20,000 nucleotides of DNA from an uncultured virus (IMG/VR IMGVR_UViG_3300048536_000227) (IMGVR_UViG_3300048536_000227); one strand, 5' to 3'. Counted from the first letter of the stretch, positions 1 through 7,507 are shown. Translations and numbers: made by a program. Notes: generated by a model from the letters alone, not told the origin.

Positions 1-1
1 C

Positions 2-625
2 TTCACACAACAAATAACAAGATATCCTACTCCTAAAATACATGATTACGATAAAACATATTTCAGAATAGTAAAAGGTGGTTTACACACAATTAGAGGC
101 AGACAAGGTAATGGTGCCAGAGTTACTGAATTAGAAAGAAAAGGAATAGATGTAAAATTTAAAGGTTGGAATACACACGATTGCAACCATATATTGTTAT
201 GTCCTTCTTCTCCTACAGTTACCTATCACATAAATGGTATTACACAGGAAGAATGGATACAACGAGTAACAGATGAAATTCAAAAACATACTGATATGAA
301 AATTGTTGTAAGACAAAAACCAAGACCTAATAATTCTGAATGGGGAACAGATATAAAAGATAAGTTAGGTATGACTCATTGTATAGTTACAAATATGAGT
401 CTGGCTGCAATAGATGGTATTATGAATAGAGTACCTGTAATATGCCATCAAAATAACGTTGCAGGTTTTGTGAGTGGTAGAAGTTTGAAACATATTAAAA
501 AACCTATGAGACCTGGAAGAAAAACAGTTGAGTCATGGATTAAAATGGTTGTAGAAAACCAATTTACAATAGATGAGATAGAGAGGGGACTTGCTTGCAA
601 GATTTTAAAACAACAAGATGTATAA
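2..625 (+). CDS. 5'-truncated hypothetical protein, possibly glycosyltransferase/capsule-biosynthesis-like
   Basis: The frame of the 194..625 ORF is open back to position 2 (FTQQITRYPTPKIHDYDKTYFRIVKGG...). The C-terminal 'HCIVTNMSLAAIDGIMNRVPVIC' resembles GT-B/capsule-type tails. It overlaps a glycosyltransferase gene. Confidence 0.5.
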   Translation, partial: FTQQITRYPTPKIHDYDKTYFRIVKGGLHTIRGRQGNGARVTELERKGIDVKFKGWNTHDCNHILLCPSSPTVTYHINGITQEEWIQRVTDEIQKHTDMKIVVRQKPRPNNSEWGTDIKDKLGMTHCIVTNMSLAAIDGIMNRVPVICHQNNVAGFVSGRSLKHIKKPMRPGRKTVESWIKMVVENQFTIDEIERGLACKILKQQDV

Positions 626-1304
626 TGTAATATGTGTTTATACTGGCACAAAGTATAATGTAAAATTTGTAAATATATTATATAATATGGTTGAGAGAAA
701 TCTATCAAAACCATTTAACTTCTATTGCCTAACAGATAATCAAGGACAGAAATTCAATTCAAATATAAAGTTATTAGATGTGCCACAACCTGTTTTAAGA
801 ACATGGTGGAATAAAATGCATTTGTTTAACCCAGCATTAAACATAGAGGGTAATATTTTATATGTAGATTTAGATGTAGTTATAACTGGTAGTTTAGATG
901 AGTTTTTTACAGACTACAAAGATGAGGATTTTTGTGTGATAAGAGACTTTGGACAACCAGATGCTATATTCAACTCTAGCGTGTTAAGATATAATATAAA
1001 ACATCACAAACATATTTGGCATACTTACATCGCAGATAAGATGAGATACCGAGGACACCATGGTGATCAGACAGTTATTACAGAAATAATGAAAGATAAA
1101 CCAGAAACAAAGATCATGCCAGACGCATGGACATATTCATTTAAATGGCAAGAACGTGGTAAAATAGGTTCATATATGAAAGATGATCCTAATGCACACC
1201 CATGTAAACCTGGTTCGAAGATATGCGTATTTCATGGCAATCCCAATCCCGATGAGGCAATGAAGAATCGCAGTGGAAAATGGATAGAATCACACTGGTT
1301 CTAG
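618..1304 (+). CDS. Glycosyltransferase (GT-A fold, GT8-like)
   Basis: Motifs WWNKMHLF, DxD (YVDLDVVI), FNSSV, GDQ and VFHGNPNP. Confidence 0.8.
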   Translation: MYNVICVYTGTKYNVKFVNILYNMVERNLSKPFNFYCLTDNQGQKFNSNIKLLDVPQPVLRTWWNKMHLFNPALNIEGNILYVDLDVVITGSLDEFFTDYKDEDFCVIRDFGQPDAIFNSSVLRYNIKHHKHIWHTYIADKMRYRGHHGDQTVITEIMKDKPETKIMPDAWTYSFKWQERGKIGSYMKDDPNAHPCKPGSKICVFHGNPNPDEAMKNRSGKWIESHWF

Positions 1305-1309
1305 CAAAT

Positions 1310-1324
1310 GTTCACGTTTTGTTC
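1310..1324 (+). promoter_or_regulatory. Alphaproteobacterial-type LexA (SOS) box
   Basis: GTTC-ACGTTTT-GTTC is an exact GTTC-N7-GTTC, intergenic, 36 bp upstream of a -35 element. Confidence 0.55.
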
Positions 1325-1360
1325 TCATTAAAACCCAATAAAATCAACGTTTTTTAGTGC

Positions 1361-1389
1361 TTGACTTTTAAGCCTTTTTCCTGTATAGT
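1361..1389 (+). promoter_or_regulatory. Sigma70-type early promoter
   Basis: TTGACT-N17-TATAGT. Confidence 0.8.
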
Positions 1390-1415
1390 ATGTGTATATG
1401 AAAAAAAAAAACACT

Positions 1416-1901
1416 ATGAAAAAACAAAAAGGATTTAGTTTAGTTGAACTACTTGTAGTTGTTGCTATACTAGGTATATTATCATCAATTGGTATTGTAA
1501 CTTATTCAAAATTTACATACAGTGCTAAAATTGCTGTAACACATAAGTTCCATGAACAAGTGAAAAAATATATTATTGCAGAAACAAACAAATGTGATTT
1601 AGGATTTGATAAGATTTTTGAGGCAGATAACGGAACTCATATCACTTGTAGTGATTTGAATAGTAATTCAGGTTCTGCTTGGGATGGTTTTGATATACAA
1701 CTGATGAGAGTATTCAAAGGTGTACCAAATGCTTGGGGTGCAGACCCTTTTAAAGAGGCATTAAATGTTGATTGGCATCCAAAGGCAGGTTATGTTAATG
1801 TTAGACATAGAGGTGGTGAAGTGTTAATGCAGACTTGCTTAGAAAGAACTTGTAAAGATAATTATAAAATTAGAGAAATGGTAAAAATTAATGGAATATA
1901 A
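1416..1901 (+). CDS. Type IV pilin-like protein (prepilin N-terminal cleavage/methylation domain); alternative start 1398
   Basis: MKKQKG|FSLVELLVVVAILGILSSIGI is a class III signal peptide with G-1, F+1, E+5 and a hydrophobic helix. Four Cys, including a C-terminal pair. Confidence 0.9.
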   Translation: MKKQKGFSLVELLVVVAILGILSSIGIVTYSKFTYSAKIAVTHKFHEQVKKYIIAETNKCDLGFDKIFEADNGTHITCSDLNSNSGSAWDGFDIQLMRVFKGVPNAWGADPFKEALNVDWHPKAGYVNVRHRGGEVLMQTCLERTCKDNYKIREMVKINGI

Positions 1902-1920
1902 TATGAAGGAGAAAAACACT

Positions 1921-2343
1921 ATGGAAAAAAATACAGACAAATACTTTCAATCTTTTAACGTTGTTTATAAGAGAGAGTACCGTGATCCTGAGGAAGGTTA
2001 TGAAACTTTTTGGATTTCATCTACTATGTACAGAAATGTACCTATCTCTAAGATTAAGTATTACAGAAAACAATTACTTAATTTTAAAGATTATGCAACC
2101 AAGATGTATAACGAAGAAGCAAGTAACTTCACAGGTGCTACTGCTATTGAGATAATATATCCAGATGAATATTATCAAACATATGCAGATGTATTCGGTC
2201 CAGAAACGGCTGCTGGTGATCATCATCTATTTAATGATTTTGGTCAGTTGTATAATGGCAGACAAGGGTTTAGAAAGGACTTTGATCCTGACTTAACGAA
2301 AAATTATACAACAAGAAAAAACTATATTTACAATTTAAGTTAG
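1921..2343 (+). CDS. Hypothetical early protein
   Basis: AAGGAG SD followed by AAAAACACT-ATG at 1921; 140 aa. Confidence 0.7.
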   Translation: MEKNTDKYFQSFNVVYKREYRDPEEGYETFWISSTMYRNVPISKIKYYRKQLLNFKDYATKMYNEEASNFTGATAIEIIYPDEYYQTYADVFGPETAAGDHHLFNDFGQLYNGRQGFRKDFDPDLTKNYTTRKNYIYNLS

Positions 2344-2352
2344 GAGGACACT

Positions 2353-2766
2353 ATGACAGTAGAAACAAACATAATATACACAGACAAAGACTTAGGTAAA
2401 AATCTCTATAGACAAAAGAGATATTATACTTTAGTAGTAGAACAAGAAGTATTGGCAAATAACCAAGAAGAAGCAGATAATAAATTTGTAGAACATGGCG
2501 GAATAAGTCACTCTATGATTAATGCTGAAATTACAAATGAAAACGAGGGTGTTCAAACATATATGATAGACGCTAACTATTCAGACAGTGGTAAAACTGA
2601 ATACATGGGTAAAATAGTATATGAGGATGATGAGTTTGCTAAAGAAGATGGTTTGGTTGAAATAGACAAATACATTGATGAAAATGCTTTAACTGATAGA
2701 GACAAAGAAGAATCAGATATTGATGTGGCAATAACATTAGAAGCAGAAAATGAGAGAGGTAAATAA
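2353..2766 (+). CDS. Acidic hypothetical protein
   Basis: AGGAGG SD; D/E-rich, 137 aa. Confidence 0.75.
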   Translation: MTVETNIIYTDKDLGKNLYRQKRYYTLVVEQEVLANNQEEADNKFVEHGGISHSMINAEITNENEGVQTYMIDANYSDSGKTEYMGKIVYEDDEFAKEDGLVEIDKYIDENALTDRDKEESDIDVAITLEAENERGK

Positions 2767-2939
2767 TGACAACTAGAAACGCAGTAATAATAAAAGTAAG
2801 AAAGCATAATCAAAAAGATTTTGAAACAGATAGTATCTATGTTGATCATATGCCAGGTTTTGAAAATAGAATCAAACAGCATATACAAAATGCAAAAGAA
2901 GACACTACCAATGCTGAAGTGAGAATCGAAGACTTATAA
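2766..2939 (+). CDS. Small hypothetical protein (57 aa, not in ORF track)
   Basis: TAATG coupling to the previous gene, GAGG SD; MTTRNAVIIKVRKHNQKDFETDSIYVDH...EVRIEDL; fills the intergenic gap. Confidence 0.7.
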   Translation: MTTRNAVIIKVRKHNQKDFETDSIYVDHMPGFENRIKQHIQNAKEDTTNAEVRIEDL

Positions 2940-2941
2940 AC

Positions 2942-2997
2942 TGTGACGTTTTAGCACAGTTAAATAGCTTGATTTTTATAAAAAAGTATGATAGGAT
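2942..2997 (+). promoter_or_regulatory. Palindromic operator plus sigma70 promoter (copy 1)
   Basis: TGTGACGTTTTAGCACA (2942-2958), 10 nt, then TTGATT-N17-TAGGAT with an extended TGn. Confidence 0.75.
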
Positions 2998-3028
2998 AAA
3001 TCAAATAAAACACAATAAAGGAGTAATA

Positions 3029-3217
3029 ATGGTTAAAAAAATAGAAAAAGATTACGAACTTATGAAAGATAATGTTGATAAGTTATTAAAAAAAATATCA
3101 AAACTTGTTGATAAATTTGATGATAAGTATGAAACTGATTTAACTAATGACTTAGATTATAAATTAGACGAAGTTGCTGATTTGATAGTTGACAACTATG
3201 TAAATGAAGACGCATAA
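3029..3217 (+). CDS. Small acidic helical hypothetical protein
   Basis: AAGGAG SD before ATG 3029. The track's TTG start at 2969 lies in the -35 box. Confidence 0.7.
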   Translation: MVKKIEKDYELMKDNVDKLLKKISKLVDKFDDKYETDLTNDLDYKLDEVADLIVDNYVNEDA

Positions 3218-3534
3218 TGAAAAAGAAAACAAAAGAACTGAATCAATCACACAACGCATGGATTAAGTCGTTAGGTGTTAATATTGATGTAAAGACAGGC
3301 AAAGTAAAGAAAAAAGAATTTACTGGTTATGATATGCCTAATTACAATGCAGATATTAACGGTGTTGAGAGAGTATCTATACCACTAGGTAACAGAATAC
3401 CTGTAGGTTGTACTAAAGTCAAAATGCCCAAAGTACAACTTCCAGAAGGCAAAACCATAGGAATTGCATATAATAAAGGGAATTATCAGATAGTTGATAG
3501 TGCCGACTTTAAAACAATGGGCAAAAAGGTGTGA
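3217..3534 (+). CDS. Basic hypothetical protein
   Basis: TAATG coupling; C-terminal 'IGIAYNKGNYQIV' recalled from T4-like phage hypotheticals. Confidence 0.7.
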   Translation: MKKKTKELNQSHNAWIKSLGVNIDVKTGKVKKKEFTGYDMPNYNADINGVERVSIPLGNRIPVGCTKVKMPKVQLPEGKTIGIAYNKGNYQIVDSADFKTMGKKV

Positions 3535-3585
3535 CGTTTTAGCACACTTAAACATGTTGACTTTATGCTTAAAGTATGATAGGAT
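3530..3585 (+). promoter_or_regulatory. Palindromic operator plus sigma70 promoter (copy 2)
   Basis: Identical TGTGACGTTTTAGCACA (3530-3546), 10 nt, then TTGACT-N17-TAGGAT; shares AAAGTATGATAGGATAA with copy 1. Confidence 0.8.
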
Positions 3586-3620
3586 AATGACAACTATTAA
3601 CAATAAAAGGAAAAAACACT

Positions 3621-3974
3621 ATGTTTGACAAAGATACAATATTTGCAGAATTTAATTATGCAAAACAAAAAGACTTAAAAATGTCTAAAAAGAAATCGCC
3701 TTATGAGACTGTTTTTACAAACAGAATTGAGTTATTGAAATCTCATATTGAAGCAAAAAAATCGCATCCGAAGTATTACAGAGGATGCAATATAAAATTT
3801 GAAAACTTGTTACTTGCATATCAATCGCAAGTGCCAGTTGATCATTTTTATAAAGTCGGATTTAATATGTCTTATGCAGAATATCTAAGTCAGAAAAATG
3901 CCGAAGATAAAGATAAAAAAGACGAAACGTATAATAACGAAAGAAGTAATGTTAAAGAAGTTACTTTTAATTAG
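3621..3974 (+). CDS. Hypothetical early protein
   Basis: AAGG SD and ACACT-ATG context. Confidence 0.7.
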   Translation: MFDKDTIFAEFNYAKQKDLKMSKKKSPYETVFTNRIELLKSHIEAKKSHPKYYRGCNIKFENLLLAYQSQVPVDHFYKVGFNMSYAEYLSQKNAEDKDKKDETYNNERSNVKEVTFN

Positions 3975-4434
3975 TAGTTTAACTTTGTTGTTGAATCAGT
4001 GTGCTGTTAAGAACGCCGCTGTTTCAACATCAGGTTCAACTTTAGGTGCTATAACGGCAGGAGGAACTTGTGCCTCTGTTGTAAGTACTGATCCTGCTGT
4101 AGTAGGTGCGTGTGCCGTTGTTGGTGCCGTGCATGGTGCAGATCAGATATGGAATGATGATTTTAATGTTCATAAGAAGTTTTTTGTTGATCACTTAATT
4201 GGTGCACCAAATAAACCGAATATAACAAATTGGTATAATCCTAAAACTAAAAGTTTTGGTATTATAAAAACAAACAATACTTGGTACAAAGGTCCTATTA
4301 AATGTAGAGATTACGAATCAACTATTAATATTACACCGTCTTGGCCAGTTGCTTACTTTGGTGGTCCTGTTAGAAGAACAGACTTTGGTATCGCATGTAT
4401 ATTACCAGACGGAAGAGTGGAGATACAAGAATAA
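3949..4434 (+). CDS. Putative lipoprotein, glycine-zipper/17-kDa surface antigen-like
   Basis: MLKKLLLISSLTLLLNQC signal with a lipobox-like Cys; G/A-rich zipper; CRDY...GIACILPDGRVEI C-terminus. Confidence 0.7.
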   Translation: MLKKLLLISSLTLLLNQCAVKNAAVSTSGSTLGAITAGGTCASVVSTDPAVVGACAVVGAVHGADQIWNDDFNVHKKFFVDHLIGAPNKPNITNWYNPKTKSFGIIKTNNTWYKGPIKCRDYESTINITPSWPVAYFGGPVRRTDFGIACILPDGRVEIQE

Positions 4435-5024
4435 TGAAATTTGCAGACGAATTTATATCTTATTTGTTTTTAGTGTTGATTGTTACTTTGTTGTTAATGG
4501 TGAAAGGTCATGCTTGTGTTGAGTGTGACCTTTCAGGTGATACCTATCCCATTGAGAATATAAGTTTATCAACAGAAATAAAAGAAGATAAAAATACAAA
4601 TATACAAATGGCAAAGGTCAACATTGATGACATAAAAGTTAAACCTATCACAGATACAATAAAAGATAGTGACGTGGTTAAATCAAAAATCAAAGATGTA
4701 TTCATGCAGAATGGACAATATTGTTTTATTGAAGTTGTTATTAAACAACAAGGTGATGATATTGTTAAAAAAGAAGTTATGAAATGTAGTGAAACACCTG
4801 AATTTGAGTCTGATAAAAAAGATCAAATAATTGAACAACTCAAAAAAGAAATAGAACTGGAAAAGGCTAGAAAACCAGGATATTGGGAGTTGTTTGCTGA
4901 CTTCTATTATAGAGACGAGAATGCTCCTCTTTATTGTAGAAAATACTCTAGGCCCGACAGTTGGTTTAAAATTCCTGGAACTGCCTGTCTGAAACCAACA
5001 GGAGAATGGACAATAATAAAATGA
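4434..5024 (+). CDS. Membrane-anchored/secreted Cys-containing protein with a 17-kDa-antigen-like C-terminus
   Basis: N-terminal hydrophobic helix; CRKY...GTACLKPTGEW parallels the upstream gene; TAATG coupling. Confidence 0.6.
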   Translation: MKFADEFISYLFLVLIVTLLLMVKGHACVECDLSGDTYPIENISLSTEIKEDKNTNIQMAKVNIDDIKVKPITDTIKDSDVVKSKIKDVFMQNGQYCFIEVVIKQQGDDIVKKEVMKCSETPEFESDKKDQIIEQLKKEIELEKARKPGYWELFADFYYRDENAPLYCRKYSRPDSWFKIPGTACLKPTGEWTIIK

Positions 5025-5188
5025 TAAGACTAATATTTACAGCATCAATATTGTGGATTGCTGTTGCATTTACTTGGGATCCTTTTGTTGCTGCTGTTGA
5101 GAAAACACAGGCTGTTGACAAAACGAAAGAAATAGTGTATAATGTAATTAATAAAGTGAAGGAGAAAACTAATAATGTTGAAAGTTAA
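5021..5188 (+). CDS. Small membrane protein
   Basis: ATGA overlap; MIRLIFTASILWIAVAFTW is hydrophobic. Confidence 0.6.
   Translation: MIRLIFTASILWIAVAFTWDPFVAAVEKTQAVDKTKEIVYNVINKVKEKTNNVES
5115..5143 (+). promoter_or_regulatory. Perfect-consensus sigma70 promoter inside a CDS
   Basis: TTGACA-N17-TATAAT. Confidence 0.85.
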
Positions 5189-5795
5189 TAAGTTAGTATT
5201 ACTTTTTGTTGTAGGTTTAACATTAGGTGCATGTAGCACTGGAACTTACAAGATTAAAAGTGAGAAGAAAGATTCCGTTAGAAAGGTACCTGCTTGGTAC
5301 ATGGCGGATATTGCTGAAAGAAAAGCATGTGATAAGAAGATATACGGTGAATCAAAAGATAAACAGTGTATCTATGGTGTTGGAACAAGTGTTTCACCAG
5401 ACTTAGAACTTGCTATTGATAAGGCAAAGATGATTGCCAAGGCTGAAATGGCAGACATCATACAAGGTGAAATGAACAAAAAGATTAAAATTTTTGTTGC
5501 TGAGGTTGGTAAAACACAACAGAAAACTATTGTGTCAGATGTAGAGTCTGCTTTAGTGAACCAAATCTCACAGACACCTGTTAGAGGGTATGAAGTATTT
5601 GCTCAGGAAGTTACAATGACTAAGAATGGTTATTATCGTGCTTGGGTAGGTTTAAGATTACCTCTAGGTAACTTTAACAAAATGTATAACTATTCTGTTG
5701 ATACAGTTGTGGATGCTTATAAGTTAAAACAACTTGCTGAAGAGGCATACAACGATGTTGAAATAGTAGAGGAAACAAATGGTAACAATTTATAG
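5175..5795 (+). CDS. Lipoprotein, LPP20-like
   Basis: Lipobox LGAC; VPAWY; GVGTSVSPDLELAIDKAKMIAKAEMA; AAGGAG SD. Confidence 0.7.
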   Translation: MLKVNKLVLLFVVGLTLGACSTGTYKIKSEKKDSVRKVPAWYMADIAERKACDKKIYGESKDKQCIYGVGTSVSPDLELAIDKAKMIAKAEMADIIQGEMNKKIKIFVAEVGKTQQKTIVSDVESALVNQISQTPVRGYEVFAQEVTMTKNGYYRAWVGLRLPLGNFNKMYNYSVDTVVDAYKLKQLAEEAYNDVEIVEETNGNNL

Positions 5796-6039
5796 TAAAC
5801 CAAATTGTGTATTTTGTGATAAGTCTAAGGCCTTGTTAAAAGGCCTGGGCATTAAGTACGAAGAAAAAATGTTTGGTAAGGATTTTAATACACCTGAAGA
5901 ACTATACGAAGCAGTAGGTAAACAAGTAAGAACTATGCCACAAGTTATTATTGATGATAAACATATTGGTGGTTATAATGAATTAGTTGAATACTATACA
6001 GACAAAGGATTAGTTAATTTTAAAGGTGAAAAGGTTTAA
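5779..6039 (+). CDS. nrdC: Glutaredoxin (T4 NrdC-like)
   Basis: IYSKPNCVFC (CxxC), TMPQV cis-Pro motif, HIGGY. Confidence 0.92.
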   Translation: MVTIYSKPNCVFCDKSKALLKGLGIKYEEKMFGKDFNTPEELYEAVGKQVRTMPQVIIDDKHIGGYNELVEYYTDKGLVNFKGEKV

Positions 6040-6392
6040 TGTCAGTTGATAACATAATAGATTTTCCTAAGAAGTATAAAAGACAATCTACGGAAAAAGA
6101 TGCAGAAATGCAAAAAAGAATTGCACAAGAACATCAAAAGATATTTTGTCAGGCAATGATGGATGAAATAACTGAAGCTATTTTAGTCAAGTTACATAGT
6201 GAAAACCTAAATGTAACAGGTAAAGAATTTTTAAAAGATTATAAACTCGTATCAGAGGCTATAAAATCTATGATGTATAGAACACAAGATTTAAAACACG
6301 GATTGCAAGAAAGAGTTGATAGGGCAGTAACATCGACATATAATAAAAATAAAACTATCAACACAATATCGATAGACCTCGATAAACTATAG
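6039..6392 (+). CDS. Hypothetical protein
   Basis: TAATG coupling; N-terminal NIIDFP; 117 aa. Confidence 0.7.
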   Translation: MSVDNIIDFPKKYKRQSTEKDAEMQKRIAQEHQKIFCQAMMDEITEAILVKLHSENLNVTGKEFLKDYKLVSEAIKSMMYRTQDLKHGLQERVDRAVTSTYNKNKTINTISIDLDKL

Positions 6393-6393
6393 A

Positions 6394-6458
6394 ATTCCAT
6401 AAGGCACTTTGGAATAGATTGTATATGTGGCAAGTATATGATCTTATAATTAACGCCA
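6394..6458 (+). other. Structured leader: two hairpins, possible pseudoknot
   Basis: Hairpin ATTCCA-T-AAG/CTT-TGGAAT. Second, 11-bp stem 6416-6426/6434-6444 whose loop TGGC is complementary to GCCA at 6455-6458. Confidence 0.45.
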
Positions 6459-6481
6459 ACTATATAATAAGGAGTGAATAA

Positions 6482-6814
6482 ATGTTTAAATCATTATTCT
6501 CAAACGACTCATTAAAAGTCGTATCAAAATCGAAAAAAACTGTAACAAAAGGCAGAAAAACTATGTCAAAAAGACAAAAAGTTTTAAACCTTTTAACTAA
6601 AGGCAATGAAGTTTCTTGGAAAGTTTTAAGAACTAAATTTGATTTAGTTTCTCCAAGAGCATTAATTGATACTTTAAGATCAGAAGGTAACATGATCTAT
6701 ATCAATAAAACTGCTAAGGGTACTTCTTACAGAATGGGTACACCAACAAAAGCGATCATCGCTGCTGGTATCCAAAAGTTATACGGAACTCCGTTCGCAT
6801 ATAACAATAACTAA
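6482..6814 (+). CDS. Small winged-HTH-like DNA-binding protein (alternative start 6563, MSKRQKV)
   Basis: SKRQKVLNLL..G...SWKVLRTKFDLVSPRALIDTLRSEG..IY followed by a beta-wing; AAGGAG SD. Confidence 0.65.
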   Translation: MFKSLFSNDSLKVVSKSKKTVTKGRKTMSKRQKVLNLLTKGNEVSWKVLRTKFDLVSPRALIDTLRSEGNMIYINKTAKGTSYRMGTPTKAIIAAGIQKLYGTPFAYNNN

Positions 6815-6834
6815 TACTAGATTAGTACACATTT

Positions 6835-6854
6835 TGGTGGCCTTCGGGCCACCA
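6835..6854 (+). terminator. UUCG-tetraloop hairpin (terminator/stabiliser)
   Basis: TGGTGGCC-TTCG-GGCCACCA; U-tail is weak on the + strand. Confidence 0.65.
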
Positions 6855-6872
6855 TATCCACAAAATTCCACT

Positions 6873-6880
6873 TATAAATA
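6873..6880 (+). promoter_or_regulatory. T4-type late promoter
   Basis: Intergenic TATAAATA. Confidence 0.75.
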
Positions 6881-6959
6881 ATATTACGATCGGAAGGTAA
6901 GTGAACGCTAGCGGTAGTAACTTACCTTTAAAATTATATAACAAAATGAGGAGAAACTT

Positions 6960-7436
6960 ATGACAGTTCAATCACAAGCTTTGGATTACGCTGGTTCAAC
7001 AGCACCAATGCTTTCAGAAATACTAACAAAAGTATCAGACGCTAAAGACAAAGCATCTAAAATTTCAATACTAAAAGAAAACGATTCAGTATCTTTAAGA
7101 CAGGTATTAAAGGGGGCATTTTATTCTAAAATTCAATGGGATTTACCTACTGGTCAACCACCATACACCGAGAATGACGCACCTGCTGGGACGGAACATA
7201 CAACTTTACATACCGAGGCCAGACTATTATGGCACTTTGTTAAGGGTGCTGATCCAGCAACATCTAGGACTAAAAAAGAAAATATGTTTATTCAGATGTT
7301 AGAAGGATTACACGCTGACGAGGCAAAACTTTTATTGAACGTAAAAGATAAGAAATTATCTAAGGTTTACAAGGGTTTAACCGAGACCGTGGTTAAGTCA
7401 GCATTCGATTGGAATGATGATTACAAAACTGCTTAA
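6960..7436 (+). CDS. Conserved hypothetical protein of marine T4-like phages
   Basis: GAGGAG SD; motifs WDLPTGQPPY and FIQMLEGLHADEAKLL recalled from T4-like phage hypotheticals. Confidence 0.75.
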   Translation: MTVQSQALDYAGSTAPMLSEILTKVSDAKDKASKISILKENDSVSLRQVLKGAFYSKIQWDLPTGQPPYTENDAPAGTEHTTLHTEARLLWHFVKGADPATSRTKKENMFIQMLEGLHADEAKLLLNVKDKKLSKVYKGLTETVVKSAFDWNDDYKTA

Positions 7437-7472
7437 TCACTAAATAATAAAAAGCGATTCGAATACTAAAGG

Positions 7473-7507
7473 TGTGACATTTTTGCAACAGTGCAGGATT
7501 GTCGCAC
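7473..7507 (+). promoter_or_regulatory. Tandem palindromic operator-like sites
   Basis: TGTGACATTTTTGCAACA (TGT-N12-ACA) immediately followed by GTGCAGGATTGTCGCAC (GTGC-N9-GCAC). Confidence 0.45.

Noticed and set aside
2942..2958. Canonical CRP box
   Set aside because: Spacing is TGTGA-N7-GCACA, not N6-TCACA; kept as an unidentified operator.
6394..6460. SAM-II/SAM-V or preQ1 riboswitch
   Set aside because: Pseudoknot-like topology, but the conserved ligand-binding nucleotides are not recognisable.
6891..6908. Glutamine (glnA/downstream-peptide) riboswitch
   Set aside because: CGGAAG..GAACGC is similar, but there is no 5' CGUUC strand within the transcript.
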